Shown here piece after piece: positions 53,063 to 62,290 of a stretch of 64,000 nucleotides of DNA. The stretch comes from an uncultured Ruminococcus sp. (GTDB taxonomy: Bacteria; Bacillota; Clostridia; Oscillospirales; Ruminococcaceae): assembly GCF_902762735.1 (NCBI RefSeq), contig NZ_CACWPP010000001.1, positions 34,613 to 98,612 of the forward strand. The letters run 5' to 3'. The notes beneath the pieces were generated by a model. The model saw only the letters and a program-made list of their open reading frames with translations. It searched no databases and was not told the DNA's origin. The position numbers were made by a program, and so were the translations under genes. Numbering within the stretch: the first letter of the stretch is position 1; the number at the start of each line of letters is the position of its first letter.

Positions 53063-55090
53063 TTGAAAAATGCTATCAAAAAACTGACAGCTCTTGCGGC
53101 AGTCTGTGCCATGTCATGCCAGGTATTCGGTATGTTCTCGGCAAATGCGGAAGAGGCTGTTACAGGTGATCTGAACGGCGATAACAAGGTCAATGTTACG
53201 GATATTTCACTGCTGGCGGCAAACGTGAAGGGCATCAGACCGCTCGCCGCAGAAAAGCTGGACGCTGCCGACCTCAACGGCGACAACAAGATAAATGTCA
53301 CCGATATTTCACTGCTGGCGGCACATGTAAAGGGCATAAGACCGTTAGTACCGAAACAGCCCGCAAAAGACGATTTCGGGCAGGAAGCCTTCACAAAAGC
53401 TATGGGGCTGGGCTGGAATCTCGGCAACACTTACGAAGCTGTCAAGTCTACCGACAAACCGCTGATAGATGTTGACGGTCAGCCTGCAAAGTACGCAAAC
53501 GGAGAATCTGTTTACGAGATGACTCCCGACCCGACCGCGTGGGGCAATATACCCATGAACGCTGATCTTGCAAAGACCATCAAGGATCTCGGTTTCTCCT
53601 CTGTCAGAATGCCTGTGGGCTGGCTCGACAATATAGGCGAGGGTCCCGATTACAAGATAAAAGACGAATGGCTGGCGCAGGTCAAGGAGTCTGTTGACTA
53701 TATGGTTGCAGAGGACCTCTATGTAATAGTAAACATGCACAGTGACGGCTACCACACCATCGCAGGCGGCTGGCTGTACTGCGATGCCCCCGAAGATCAG
53801 CAGGCTGAGATAAGGGCTAAGTATGCCGCTGTGTGGACTCAGATAGCTGAGATGTTCAAAGATTATGATGAACATGTCATTTTTGAGTCGATGAATGAGG
53901 AATTCGCACGCAAGCGCGATGTAGCTTACAAGAACTTCACCACCGATGAAGGCACTGAAGCCAACTGGGGCGACCCCGACCTCGAATCCTATCAGAACAT
54001 CAATAAGTTCAACCAGACCTTCGTTGACGCTGTCAGAAGCGCGGGCGGCGAGAACACCGAAAGATGGCTGCTGGTACCCGGCTGGAACACCAATATTGAT
54101 TACACTGTCGGTGACTACGGTTTTGAGATACCCACTGACAAGCTCTGCACCGCACCATCAAACAGGATAGCTATATCTGTACATTATTATGACCCGTATA
54201 ACTTCGCGCTGAACGAAAGCACCAGATATACCCAGTGGGGAGCTGATTTCACCAACAGGGCAAAGCTGGATACCACAGGCACGCTGAGCGGTCTGAAAAA
54301 ACAGATGGCAAAGCTGAAAAAGTTCACCGATGAGGGCTATCCCGTCATAATCGGCGAGTTCAGTCCCACCGACAAGACCTACGCAGACCCCGACAACACC
54401 GAATTCAGGAGACAGTGGTGCGAGAATGTCGTAAAGTACGCCAAAGAGAACGGCGCTGTTCCCGTATACTGGGATAACGGCGCTAAGGGCAAGGGCGGCT
54501 GCCGACTGTTCGACCGTAAAACAGGCAAGGTGGATTACCCCACCATCATTGAAGGCATGCTGAGAGCGATCAACGCTGAGGGTGACTACGAAGTTCCCCA
54601 CGTCGTTCCATATGAGGAAGAACCCGATGATCCCGATGCACCTGTTGAAAAGATAGATGCAGTCGCAGTGCTGGGTTTTGCTGACGGCAACTGGGAACCG
54701 CAGACCACTTTCACACCCGGAGAGGGCGCTGTTCAGACGAATGTGGTAAACGGTGAGAACACACTGGTCTACAACAGCTTCGCGGCTGACGGCATGAAGC
54801 TGGAGAGCGCGGCTGTTTTCGTGGTTGATCTCATCGACTGCGCAGACAAGCTCAAAGACCTCAAGATAAGCGATGTCAAGGTATTCGTTGACGGCACCGA
54901 GCTGTCAGTTGACCAGACAAAGCTCCAGAAAGGCGATATTGAGGGCAAGAACAATTATCGTATCGAGATATACAACGATTACGGCAATACCAAGAGCGAT
55001 CCCGCTGTCGACCGAACAAAACTCGTCGCTGAAAGTGAGCTGAAAGTCACTTTCACTGCCGAGAGCAAGTACCTCAAAGACGCTGAATAA
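53063..55090 (+). CDS. GH5 endoglucanase/glycanase with N-terminal dockerin and C-terminal ~160-aa uncharacterised module
   Basis: ORF 53045..55090; probable TTG start at 53063 (AGGAGAG 6 nt upstream). Signal peptide. GH5 motifs GWNLGNTYEA, FESMNEE (acid/base), IIGEFS (nucleophile). Confidence 0.88.
   Translation: MKNAIKKLTALAAVCAMSCQVFGMFSANAEEAVTGDLNGDNKVNVTDISLLAANVKGIRPLAAEKLDAADLNGDNKINVTDISLLAAHVKGIRPLVPKQPAKDDFGQEAFTKAMGLGWNLGNTYEAVKSTDKPLIDVDGQPAKYANGESVYEMTPDPTAWGNIPMNADLAKTIKDLGFSSVRMPVGWLDNIGEGPDYKIKDEWLAQVKESVDYMVAEDLYVIVNMHSDGYHTIAGGWLYCDAPEDQQAEIRAKYAAVWTQIAEMFKDYDEHVIFESMNEEFARKRDVAYKNFTTDEGTEANWGDPDLESYQNINKFNQTFVDAVRSAGGENTERWLLVPGWNTNIDYTVGDYGFEIPTDKLCTAPSNRIAISVHYYDPYNFALNESTRYTQWGADFTNRAKLDTTGTLSGLKKQMAKLKKFTDEGYPVIIGEFSPTDKTYADPDNTEFRRQWCENVVKYAKENGAVPVYWDNGAKGKGGCRLFDRKTGKVDYPTIIEGMLRAINAEGDYEVPHVVPYEEEPDDPDAPVEKIDAVAVLGFADGNWEPQTTFTPGEGAVQTNVVNGENTLVYNSFAADGMKLESAAVFVVDLIDCADKLKDLKISDVKVFVDGTELSVDQTKLQKGDIEGKNNYRIEIYNDYGNTKSDPAVDRTKLVAESELKVTFTAESKYLKDAE
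53165..53347 (+). other. Dockerin module (N-terminal position)
   Basis: GDLNGDNKVNVTDISLLAANVKGIRPLAAEKLDAADLNGDNKINVTDISLLAAHVKGIRPL. Confidence 0.85.
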
Positions 55091-55097
55091 TGCTTCT

Positions 55098-55140
55098 GCC
55101 CCCTCGTCAGCAGTATCTGCGGGCGAGGGGCTTGCTTTTT
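55098..55140 (+). terminator. Rho-independent terminator after GH5
   Basis: gccccctcg / cgaggggc stem, followed by ttgcttttt. Confidence 0.65.
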
Positions 55141-55296
55141 CCTGCGGTCGGTCAAAAATATCCGTATTTTTAATATATAAACGTTTTTGTGCATTATAGA
55201 TAGCAAATGTATGAAATGACAGTAAAAAATCTATCTGCGAAAAGGTTTGCGTTAACTATTGGTTAATAAAATGTTTTTATAAAGTTTTTTATTTTG

Positions 55297-55305
55297 TGCT
55301 ATAAT
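55297..55305 (+). promoter_or_regulatory. Extended -10 element (TGcTATAAT)
   Basis: tgctataat, 77 nt upstream of ATG 55382. Confidence 0.4.
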
Positions 55306-55381
55306 ATTTTCGTTAAAATATATGTCAACATTGAAAATATGAAGTTCGGGCATATCACAGAACGGAAAATGAGGTTAAAAG

Positions 55382-56674
55382 ATGGTAAAAAGCAACATTA
55401 AACTAATGATCGGTCTGGCTGTTGTTCTGGTGGTTCTTTTTTCAAGCGTATTTATAAAATATAAGATGAAACAAGACCCCAGAACTGTCAGTCATTCGGA
55501 CAAAAAAGTTTCACAGAGCGGCGACACAAGACCTTCAATTGATTCATCGGGTGATGAGAGTGCTTCACTGCTCGACACTGACGAAGATCTGCTGACCACT
55601 CTGGGCGGCAGTGAATCGCAGGACCCCGAGCTGGAAGACAGCGCTCCTATGGTGACACAGTCAACCGAAAAGCTGGACAACCGCCGCAAGACCGAGACTA
55701 CCACTACAAAGGCTTCGGCAGATTCAGCTTCATCTTCAGGCAATTCATCTTCAGGCAATTCGGCTGAGGATAAGAAAGAAAAAGCTGCACAGGCACTTCA
55801 GAATGCTGAGGCAAGGCTGAATGAAGCAGCCGCAAAGCTCGACAGCGTACAGGCTTCACTGGACGAAGCAAAAGGCAATCGCGACAGATTACAGTCCGAG
55901 TTCGAGAATGCGAAGGCAAAGCTGGAAGAGGCAAAGCGCGGTTATGACGCAGAGCAGGCTGAAAATTACAACAGAGGTCTTTACGGCTTCTATGAGAGCA
56001 TCGGCAACGCAGACGGCATGAATGCGTTCAATTCATCTGAATATTCCTATATCGTTGAAAAAGGCAACAGCAGCGATGCGGCTTCACTGGAGAATGTCAA
56101 GCGCAGTATAGATTTCCTGAACGAAGCAAATCAGCTGAGAGCTAACGAAGGCAAATCGGAACTCAGAGTAAGCTATAAGCTGATGGCGCTGGCTGTTCTG
56201 AATAACGATATGTGCGCGGGCAGCGGTCAGAGTGCAAATAATACAGGCTTTGAAGAAGATCTGGCATTCGGCTTTGAAGATCCCTTCGACGGCTGGTACA
56301 GCAATGAACGTGACAGCGGCGGAGATAACTACAACAGACTCGTCAGCGATAAGGCAGTTGCGATGGGCTTCGGTTTCAGCACCAAGAACAGCACTACACA
56401 CAACATTCTTTTTGCGGCTGATGACCAGGACGCAGGTGAGACTGTATCGGTCGGTGAGTTTGCAGACAAGTTCAACGATTACTACAACAACGCGATCAAG
56501 GGCAAGAGCATCAATGCTCAGGAAGATGCTTACAAAAATGCTGAAACTGCACTGAATAACGCAAAGCAGACAGTCAGCGATAAAGAGAACGAGCTTAAAA
56601 CAGCTTCTGCGGCATACGGCTCTGCTAAGACCGTATATGACGACAGACTGAAAGCATATCAGGCATTAAATTAA
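55382..56674 (+). CDS. Membrane-anchored protein with disordered Ser/Asp-rich region, coiled coil and CAP/SCP (PR-1-like) domain
   Basis: N-terminal TM LMIGLAVVLVVLFSSVFI. Coiled-coil EARLNEAAAKLDSVQASLDEAKGNRDRLQSEFENAKAKLEEAK. CAP-like NEANQLRANEGKSELRVSYKLMALA...EDLAFG..DPFDGWYSNE...AMGFGFS. Confidence 0.65.
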   Translation: MVKSNIKLMIGLAVVLVVLFSSVFIKYKMKQDPRTVSHSDKKVSQSGDTRPSIDSSGDESASLLDTDEDLLTTLGGSESQDPELEDSAPMVTQSTEKLDNRRKTETTTTKASADSASSSGNSSSGNSAEDKKEKAAQALQNAEARLNEAAAKLDSVQASLDEAKGNRDRLQSEFENAKAKLEEAKRGYDAEQAENYNRGLYGFYESIGNADGMNAFNSSEYSYIVEKGNSSDAASLENVKRSIDFLNEANQLRANEGKSELRVSYKLMALAVLNNDMCAGSGQSANNTGFEEDLAFGFEDPFDGWYSNERDSGGDNYNRLVSDKAVAMGFGFSTKNSTTHNILFAADDQDAGETVSVGEFADKFNDYYNNAIKGKSINAQEDAYKNAETALNNAKQTVSDKENELKTASAAYGSAKTVYDDRLKAYQALN

Positions 56675-56677
56675 ACC

Positions 56678-56713
56678 AAAAGCTGCCTTATCGGTCGATA
56701 AGGCAGCTTTTTT
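56678..56713 (+). terminator. Rho-independent terminator, only 13 nt before the GH30 ATG
   Basis: aaaagctgccttatcg / cgataaggcagctttt 16-bp palindromic stem followed by tttt. Confidence 0.7.
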
Positions 56714-56726
56714 AGAGAGGAACAAA

Positions 56727-58451
56727 ATGAGAGGCAAGAAGATCATAGCATTTTTGCTGACCGCTGTTACGTTATTTGAGCAGATGTCAGTCTGCTGTAC
56801 GGCGGGTGAAGCAGAGACTGTCAGCATATCGGCTGAGAACAGCTTTGCCGTATGTGACGGCTGGGGCACGGCACTTTACAGATGGGGCGAAAGGCTGGGC
56901 GAAAACGACGAACTTATGGAGCAGGCGGCAGCTCTGCTTTACGGCGATGACGGGCTGGATATGAATATAATACGCTATAATATCGGCGGCGGCGATTCGC
57001 CCGAACACAGCCACTTTACTGACAGCGATACAGTCATACCTCCCTGGTGGAGCGCGGAAACGCTTGACGAGAACAGCATGAGCTTCACCATATCACCGCA
57101 GGATAAAGCACAGATCGCTGCACTGAAAACAACAGCCGCAGCAGCAGGAGATGGGGCAAAGATAGAGCTTTACTCCTTCTCGCCGCCCTATTTTATGACG
57201 GAGAGCGGCTGTACGGCAGGTGCTGTATATTCGGGATATGACAATATCAAAAGCAGCTGCTTTGACGATCATGCAAAATATCTGGCTGACGTAACGGCGT
57301 ATTTAAGAAAATCGGGGCTAAAAGTCAGCAGCATATCTCCGATGAACGAGCCTTCATCATATCATTGGAAGGCGGGAGGCACTATGCAGGAAGGCTGCCA
57401 TGTTTCACAGGGGGCGGCACAGTCTAAGCTGATCGAGGAACTCAGGTCAGCGCTGGATAAAAACGGTTCAAAAGATGTGAAGATAGCAGCAGCCGATGAA
57501 GCTGACCTAAAAGCGGCGGCAGACGGCTATTCTGCACTGAAAACGAAAGCAAAAAAAGCTGTCGGCAGGCTGAATGTTCACAGCACCGATAAAGCATCTC
57601 AAGAAAAGTATCTAACTGCATCGGCAGGCAAAAACAGCTGGATAACCGAAGCTGACGGTCTTTACACCGTCGGCAGTGACGCAGGAGAGATGTCGGCGGC
57701 GCTGGGACTGGGCAGGCAGATGATCGCCGACCTGACAAACGCTGAGGCTTCTGCGTGGGTGATGCGGCAGGCTGTCACCAACAGCGGGAGCGGTCTTGGG
57801 CTGATACACGAAAACGCCGATAACACAGGGCTTGAACTGACTCAGCGATACTACGCTTACGGGCAGTTCAGCAGATATATACACGCGGGTTCAACGCTTA
57901 TCAGGGCAGATGAGAACACCATAGCTTCTTATGATATGAAAACGCAGACACTCAGCATAACAGCACTTAATTGCAGCGGCGAGAACAAAACTGTCAGATT
58001 TATTACAGACGGCTACGATATACTTAAAAGCGGAAAAGTCAGTGCGGTGCGAACATCAGGTCAGGCTGACGGCGGAGAACACTGGCAAAGCCTTGATAAT
58101 GCCCCAAAACTGTACAGGTCGGGCTTCTCAGCTGAACTCGCACCCTATTCGATAACCACATTCACTGTCAGCGGGGTAATGCTGAGGTCAGACGGGAATA
58201 TCGGTGACGTAAATGATGACGGCTTTATTAATGTGACAGATATTTCGCTGACAGCCGCACATGTCAAGTCAATAAAAGCGCTTTCGGCTGAAAAACAACT
58301 GCTTGCTGACGTAAACGGCGACGGCAGCGTAAATGTCAGTGATATTGCACTTATCGCGGCACAGGTCAAGGGTATCCGCAGGATAGAACGGTCATCGCGG
58401 TACACCGAAGATGAACTGCTGACAGATGAAGAGACCACTTCGGATATGTGA
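56727..58451 (+). CDS. GH30-family glycoside hydrolase with dockerin and acidic C-terminal tail
   Basis: Signal peptide. NIIRYNIGGGDSPEH, ELYSFSPPYFMT, ISPMNEPSSYHW (acid/base context), SWITEADG. Dockerin followed by ERSSRYTEDELLTDEETTSDM. Confidence 0.82.
   Translation: MRGKKIIAFLLTAVTLFEQMSVCCTAGEAETVSISAENSFAVCDGWGTALYRWGERLGENDELMEQAAALLYGDDGLDMNIIRYNIGGGDSPEHSHFTDSDTVIPPWWSAETLDENSMSFTISPQDKAQIAALKTTAAAAGDGAKIELYSFSPPYFMTESGCTAGAVYSGYDNIKSSCFDDHAKYLADVTAYLRKSGLKVSSISPMNEPSSYHWKAGGTMQEGCHVSQGAAQSKLIEELRSALDKNGSKDVKIAAADEADLKAAADGYSALKTKAKKAVGRLNVHSTDKASQEKYLTASAGKNSWITEADGLYTVGSDAGEMSAALGLGRQMIADLTNAEASAWVMRQAVTNSGSGLGLIHENADNTGLELTQRYYAYGQFSRYIHAGSTLIRADENTIASYDMKTQTLSITALNCSGENKTVRFITDGYDILKSGKVSAVRTSGQADGGEHWQSLDNAPKLYRSGFSAELAPYSITTFTVSGVMLRSDGNIGDVNDDGFINVTDISLTAAHVKSIKALSAEKQLLADVNGDGSVNVSDIALIAAQVKGIRRIERSSRYTEDELLTDEETTSDM
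58203..58385 (+). other. Dockerin module
   Basis: GDVNDDGFINVTDISLTAAHVKSIKALSAEKQLLADVNGDGSVNVSDIALIAAQVKGIRRI. Confidence 0.85.
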
Positions 58452-58469
58452 CACAACATTTGGAACAAT

Positions 58470-58505
58470 GCCCGAAAACGCCTTGTTTTTCGGGCTTCCT
58501 TTTGT
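58470..58505 (+). terminator. Rho-independent terminator after GH30
   Basis: gcccgaaaa / ttttcgggc stem, followed by ttccttttg. Confidence 0.7.
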
Positions 58506-58516
58506 ATTAAAGACAA

Positions 58517-58545
58517 TTGACATATTGTGAGAAACGAGTTATAAT
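58517..58545 (+). promoter_or_regulatory. Sigma-A-type promoter of the LRR-dockerin gene
   Basis: TTGACA (58517-58522), 17 nt, TATAAT (58540-58545). Direct repeat ATTGTGAG / ATTTGTGAG flanks the -10. Confidence 0.65.
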
Positions 58546-58590
58546 ATCATTTGTGAGTGTTCTGCTTTTTTAACAAGTGAGGTACTATAA

Positions 58591-59508
58591 ATGATGAATA
58601 AAAAACTTGCGGCTGTGCTTACAGCGGCTATATTTGTTTTCGGAGGAGCTGCTGTAAAGCCCGAAACGGCTTTTGACAGCGCAGTTACCGCATCAGCTGA
58701 CAGCTACGGCGATCTTGAATATGAAAAAGTCAGCGGCGGCATTAAGATAACTCAGTGTTATCAGGAAAGCGGAAAGGTCGAGATACCGTCGGCTATCGGC
58801 GGTGCAAAAGTTGTCGCCATAGGTGATGACGCTTTTTCCATGCTTGACGGCATCACGGCAGTGACTATACCAAATACGGTAAAAGAGATCGGTGTGTGCG
58901 CTTTTTCAGGCTGTACAGGGCTTAAAAGCATCGTACTGCCCGAGTCGGTGAAAAATGTGCATGAAGCCGCTTTTGCTGACTGCACTTCCCTTTCGGCTGT
59001 GACAGTGCCCGATAACGGCATAGCTTTTGCAAGTGAGGCTTTTTTGGGGTGTACCGCACTAAAAAGCGTGACCCTGCCATTCAATGTCAGCAAGATAGGC
59101 ACTGCTGCTTTCGGCTTTTATATCAAGGACGATGAAAGTGCGGCATACGGCAATATAAACGGTTTCAAGCTGAAATGCTATATGAATTCGCAAGCTTACA
59201 TATATGCTTACGATAATTCGCTCTCGTATGAGATACTTGACCCCGATACGATCGACACAACTTTCTCAACGCCTGTACCCGCCGACGATGATACCACTGA
59301 CGGAGAATCGCACACAAACGGCGATGTCAATGGTGACGGCTTGGTGAATGTGACTGATATTTCACTTGTAGCAGGTCAGGTTAAGGGCAAAAAGAAGCTG
59401 GAGGCTCCCCGTTTAAGACGTGCTGATGTCAACAAGGACGATTATGTGAACGTAACAGATATAGTGCTGCTGGCGGCACATGTCAAGGGCATAAGAAAAC
59501 TTAAATAA
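58591..59508 (+). CDS. Leucine-rich-repeat (BspA-type) protein with C-terminal dockerin
   Basis: Signal peptide. Repeats of the form I.IP..V..IG..AF..C..L..V.LP. Dockerin at 59320-59505. Confidence 0.85.
   Translation: MMNKKLAAVLTAAIFVFGGAAVKPETAFDSAVTASADSYGDLEYEKVSGGIKITQCYQESGKVEIPSAIGGAKVVAIGDDAFSMLDGITAVTIPNTVKEIGVCAFSGCTGLKSIVLPESVKNVHEAAFADCTSLSAVTVPDNGIAFASEAFLGCTALKSVTLPFNVSKIGTAAFGFYIKDDESAAYGNINGFKLKCYMNSQAYIYAYDNSLSYEILDPDTIDTTFSTPVPADDDTTDGESHTNGDVNGDGLVNVTDISLVAGQVKGKKKLEAPRLRRADVNKDDYVNVTDIVLLAAHVKGIRKLK
59320..59505 (+). other. Dockerin module
   Basis: GDVNGDGLVNVTDISLVAGQVKGKKKLEAPRLRRADVNKDDYVNVTDIVLLAAHVKGIRKLK. Confidence 0.85.
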
Positions 59509-59519
59509 GGCATGAACTT

Positions 59520-59557
59520 TCTCCCGAACGCCGTGATGCGAACGGGAGATTTTTTTT
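59520..59557 (+). terminator. Rho-independent terminator
   Basis: tctcccg / cgggaga stem followed by tttttttt. Confidence 0.7.
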
Positions 59558-59583
59558 ACGGGCTTTACAATGTGTGAAAAAAA

Positions 59584-59592
59584 TGCTATAAT
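59584..59592 (+). promoter_or_regulatory. Extended -10 element (TGcTATAAT) before the response regulator
   Basis: tgctataat, 19 nt upstream of ATG 59611. Confidence 0.4.
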
Positions 59593-59610
59593 GCTTCTGA
59601 AAGGCAGGAG

Positions 59611-60297
59611 ATGATATTGAAATACAGCATAGCAGTTATCGAGGACGACCCTGAGATAAACAACATACTCTTTCAGCTTCTTACAGACAGCGGCAATGAA
59701 GCTGTTCAGGCATTTGACGGAAGTGAAGCTTCACGCCTGCTGAAAACACGGGACTTTGATCTGGTGCTGATGGATCTTATGCTTCCGTACAAAAACGGCG
59801 AGCGCCTTATAGCTGAAATACGAGAAACTTCGCAGACACCTGTTATCGTTATCTCTGCAAAGTCGATGATGGAAACAAAGCTGGAAGTCCTGCGGCTGGG
59901 GGCTGATGACTACATTATCAAGCCATTTGACATTGATGAAGTGCTGGTGCGCATAGAAGTCGTACTGCGGAGGACAAAAGCAGATCGGCAAACACGCATA
60001 CTGGATACCTGCGGGATAGTTTTCAACACCGATGATAATTCCGTCACGATAGATGGCAGACCTGTAAAACTGACCGCAAAGGAACTTATGATGCTAAGGC
60101 TTTTTATGGAACACCCGCAGAAGGTCTACACAAAAGCCGAACTGTATGAGAGCGTATGGAATGAAAGTTACTGCTACGAGGACAACACCATCAACGTACA
60201 TGTCAGCAACCTGAGAAGCAAGCTGAAAAAAGCAGGCGGGCGTGACTACATCGACACGGTATGGGGCATCGGCTACCGCCTTAAAGGTGAAGGCTGA
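59611..60297 (+). CDS. OmpR-family response regulator
   Basis: Receiver (IAVIEDDPE..DLVLMDLMLP..) plus winged-helix output (..VWGIGYRL). TTG 59617 is an alternative start with better spacing from AGGAG. Confidence 0.9.
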   Translation: MILKYSIAVIEDDPEINNILFQLLTDSGNEAVQAFDGSEASRLLKTRDFDLVLMDLMLPYKNGERLIAEIRETSQTPVIVISAKSMMETKLEVLRLGADDYIIKPFDIDEVLVRIEVVLRRTKADRQTRILDTCGIVFNTDDNSVTIDGRPVKLTAKELMMLRLFMEHPQKVYTKAELYESVWNESYCYEDNTINVHVSNLRSKLKKAGGRDYIDTVWGIGYRLKGEG

Positions 60298-61181
60298 TGG
60301 TATGGGCGATAGTTATACTGTCAGCTGTCAGCATCGCACTGCTTATCTACCTGCTGGCGCTGAAGCATCAGCTGCGTGAAATGTCTCGCGGGCTGGAACG
60401 CACAAGCCGTGCCGATTATGACAGGCTTCTGCTGATAGAGCTTTTCGATAAGGACGCAAGCGAACTCGCCTGTACCATAAACCGCACCATAGACAATCAG
60501 CGCCGCCTAAAGATAGATGCTGAACAGGCTGAACTTGCGCTGAAACAGTCGGTGTCTGATATAGCGCATGACCTGCGCACTCCGATGGCTGTCATAAAAG
60601 GCGACCTCCAGCTTATCCTGCGGGACAGGGAACTTTCCCCAAAAAGCCGAAGCTATGCCGAGATATGTCTTGAAAAGACAGGTCAGCTTAAAACCATGAC
60701 CGATGAGTTTTTTGAACTTGCCGTGCTTGAAAGCGACCGCGCTGAGGTCAGTCTCGCAAAGGTGGATATGACACGTCTGCTGATGCAGTTTCTCGCAGAA
60801 AATGAGGGCGTTATAACGGCGGCAGGGCTTGTTCCCGAGATCGTTTTTCCGCCTAAAACGGTATTCGTGCAGGCTGATGAGGGGCTTGTCAGGCGAATGC
60901 TCGACAATCTGCTGGGGAATGTGCTGAAATATTCACGCAAAAGTTTCACGCTTAAACTCAGCGAGAACGGCGGTGTCAGCATTTCCAACCCTGTTCACGG
61001 CATGGATATTTCTGCTGAACGGCTTTTCGAGCGCACCTATCGCGGCGACAAAACTCGCAGCGGCGGCGGTGCGGGTCTGGGACTTTATATCGTCAGACTG
61101 CTGGCTGAAAAGCAGGGCGGCGAGGTAAGCGCAGATGTCAGCGGCGATACGCTGACCATCACGATAAAATTCAGAACATAA
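60297..61181 (+). CDS. Sensor histidine kinase with a single N-terminal TM and no extracellular domain
   Basis: H-box SDIAHDLRTPMAV, N-box LLGNVLKYS, G-box GGGAGLGLYIV. ATGA overlap with the regulator gene. Confidence 0.9.
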   Translation: MVWAIVILSAVSIALLIYLLALKHQLREMSRGLERTSRADYDRLLLIELFDKDASELACTINRTIDNQRRLKIDAEQAELALKQSVSDIAHDLRTPMAVIKGDLQLILRDRELSPKSRSYAEICLEKTGQLKTMTDEFFELAVLESDRAEVSLAKVDMTRLLMQFLAENEGVITAAGLVPEIVFPPKTVFVQADEGLVRRMLDNLLGNVLKYSRKSFTLKLSENGGVSISNPVHGMDISAERLFERTYRGDKTRSGGGAGLGLYIVRLLAEKQGGEVSADVSGDTLTITIKFRT

Positions 61182-61209
61182 AAAGCGGTACGGGCTGACC
61201 GCTTTTTTT
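61181..61209 (+). terminator. Rho-independent terminator after the kinase gene
   Basis: gcggt / accgc short stem followed by ttttttt. Confidence 0.55.
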
Positions 61210-61327
61210 GTTGCCATCATAATTATGAACTTTTTGTAAATATTAAAGATATTTAAGAAATTCTTTATGTTTGTATTTTACTATAATATCAAGGAAATTT
61301 CCGGATACCCGAAAGGAGCGAACAAAA

Positions 61328-62290
61328 ATGTCTGATACGATAATGACAGCATCATCGCTGACAAAACAGTACATGAAAAACACAGTCGTAAAAGGGGTCA
61401 GCTTTAAGATACGCAAGGGCATGATATGCGGTCTTGTTGGACCAAACGGCGCAGGCAAGACCACCATAATGAAAATGCTGGGCGGGCTGACCATACCTAC
61501 CTCAGGAAGTATGGAGATATTCGGTGAGCGCGATGAGAAAGGTCTTGCACACTCGCGAAGCAGGATGAGTTTTATGATAGAAACGCCATACGCAAAACAG
61601 AATATGACCGCCATGCAGAACATGGAGAAACTCCGCCTGCAAAAAGGTCTGCCCGATAAGGGGCGCATCAAGGAAGTCCTTGAAATGGTGGGACTTGCCG
61701 ATACAGGCAAAAAAGTCGTCAAGAATTTCTCGCTGGGCATGAAGCAAAGACTGGGCATCGCGGGCGCTATGCTGACAAAGCCCGAAATAATGGTGCTTGA
61801 CGAACCCGTGAACGGTCTTGACCCCGAAGGCATAGTTGAGATACGCGAACTTCTGCTGAAACTAAACCGCGAAGAGCATGTTACCATACTCATATCCTCC
61901 CACCTGCTGAGCGAACTTTCTCTGCTGTGTACCGATTATCTCTTCATTCGTCACGGCGAGATAGTGCAAGATATATCCGCAGATGACCTGAATCGCACCT
62001 GCCACGAATACTTACGCATCAGCACCGACAACAATTCGCTGATGCCTGCTGTGCTTGAAAACAAGCTGGGGCTGAAAGACTTCACTGTGCAGAAAGACGG
62101 CTCGGTTCACCTCTACGAAAAAACAGAGGATATAAGGCTCATATCAAAGACCCTTTTCGAGAATAATATCATACCCACCGAGATACACATGCACGATGCA
62201 AATCTCGAAGAATACTATATGAAACTGGTAGGTGATGACGATGTTCAACGTGATAAAAGCGCAGATATATCAGCTGTCAAGAAGCATTAG
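61328..62290 (+). CDS. ABC transporter ATP-binding protein (LanF/bacitracin-type exporter ATPase)
   Basis: ORF 61271..62290; start moved to ATG 61328 (AAAGGAG upstream). Walker A GPNGAGKTT, signature FSLGMKQR, Walker B IMVLDEP. The 3' end overlaps the next gene by ~50 nt. Confidence 0.9.
   Translation: MSDTIMTASSLTKQYMKNTVVKGVSFKIRKGMICGLVGPNGAGKTTIMKMLGGLTIPTSGSMEIFGERDEKGLAHSRSRMSFMIETPYAKQNMTAMQNMEKLRLQKGLPDKGRIKEVLEMVGLADTGKKVVKNFSLGMKQRLGIAGAMLTKPEIMVLDEPVNGLDPEGIVEIRELLLKLNREEHVTILISSHLLSELSLLCTDYLFIRHGEIVQDISADDLNRTCHEYLRISTDNNSLMPAVLENKLGLKDFTVQKDGSVHLYEKTEDIRLISKTLFENNIIPTEIHMHDANLEEYYMKLVGDDDVQRDKSADISAVKKH

Noticed and set aside
53161-53350. Regularly spaced near-identical ~60-bp segments (also 4401-4583, 8688-8873, 58203-58385, 59320-59505), considered as a possible CRISPR-like or tandem DNA repeat
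   Set aside because: They are the two Ca-binding segments of dockerin modules inside long ORFs. There are only two units per locus and they are protein-coding.
53002-53430. 142-aa minus-strand ORF upstream of and overlapping the GH5 start
   Set aside because: It is antisense to the dockerin-coding region and the promoter, is low-complexity (Ser/Ala/Phe-rich), and has no RBS.
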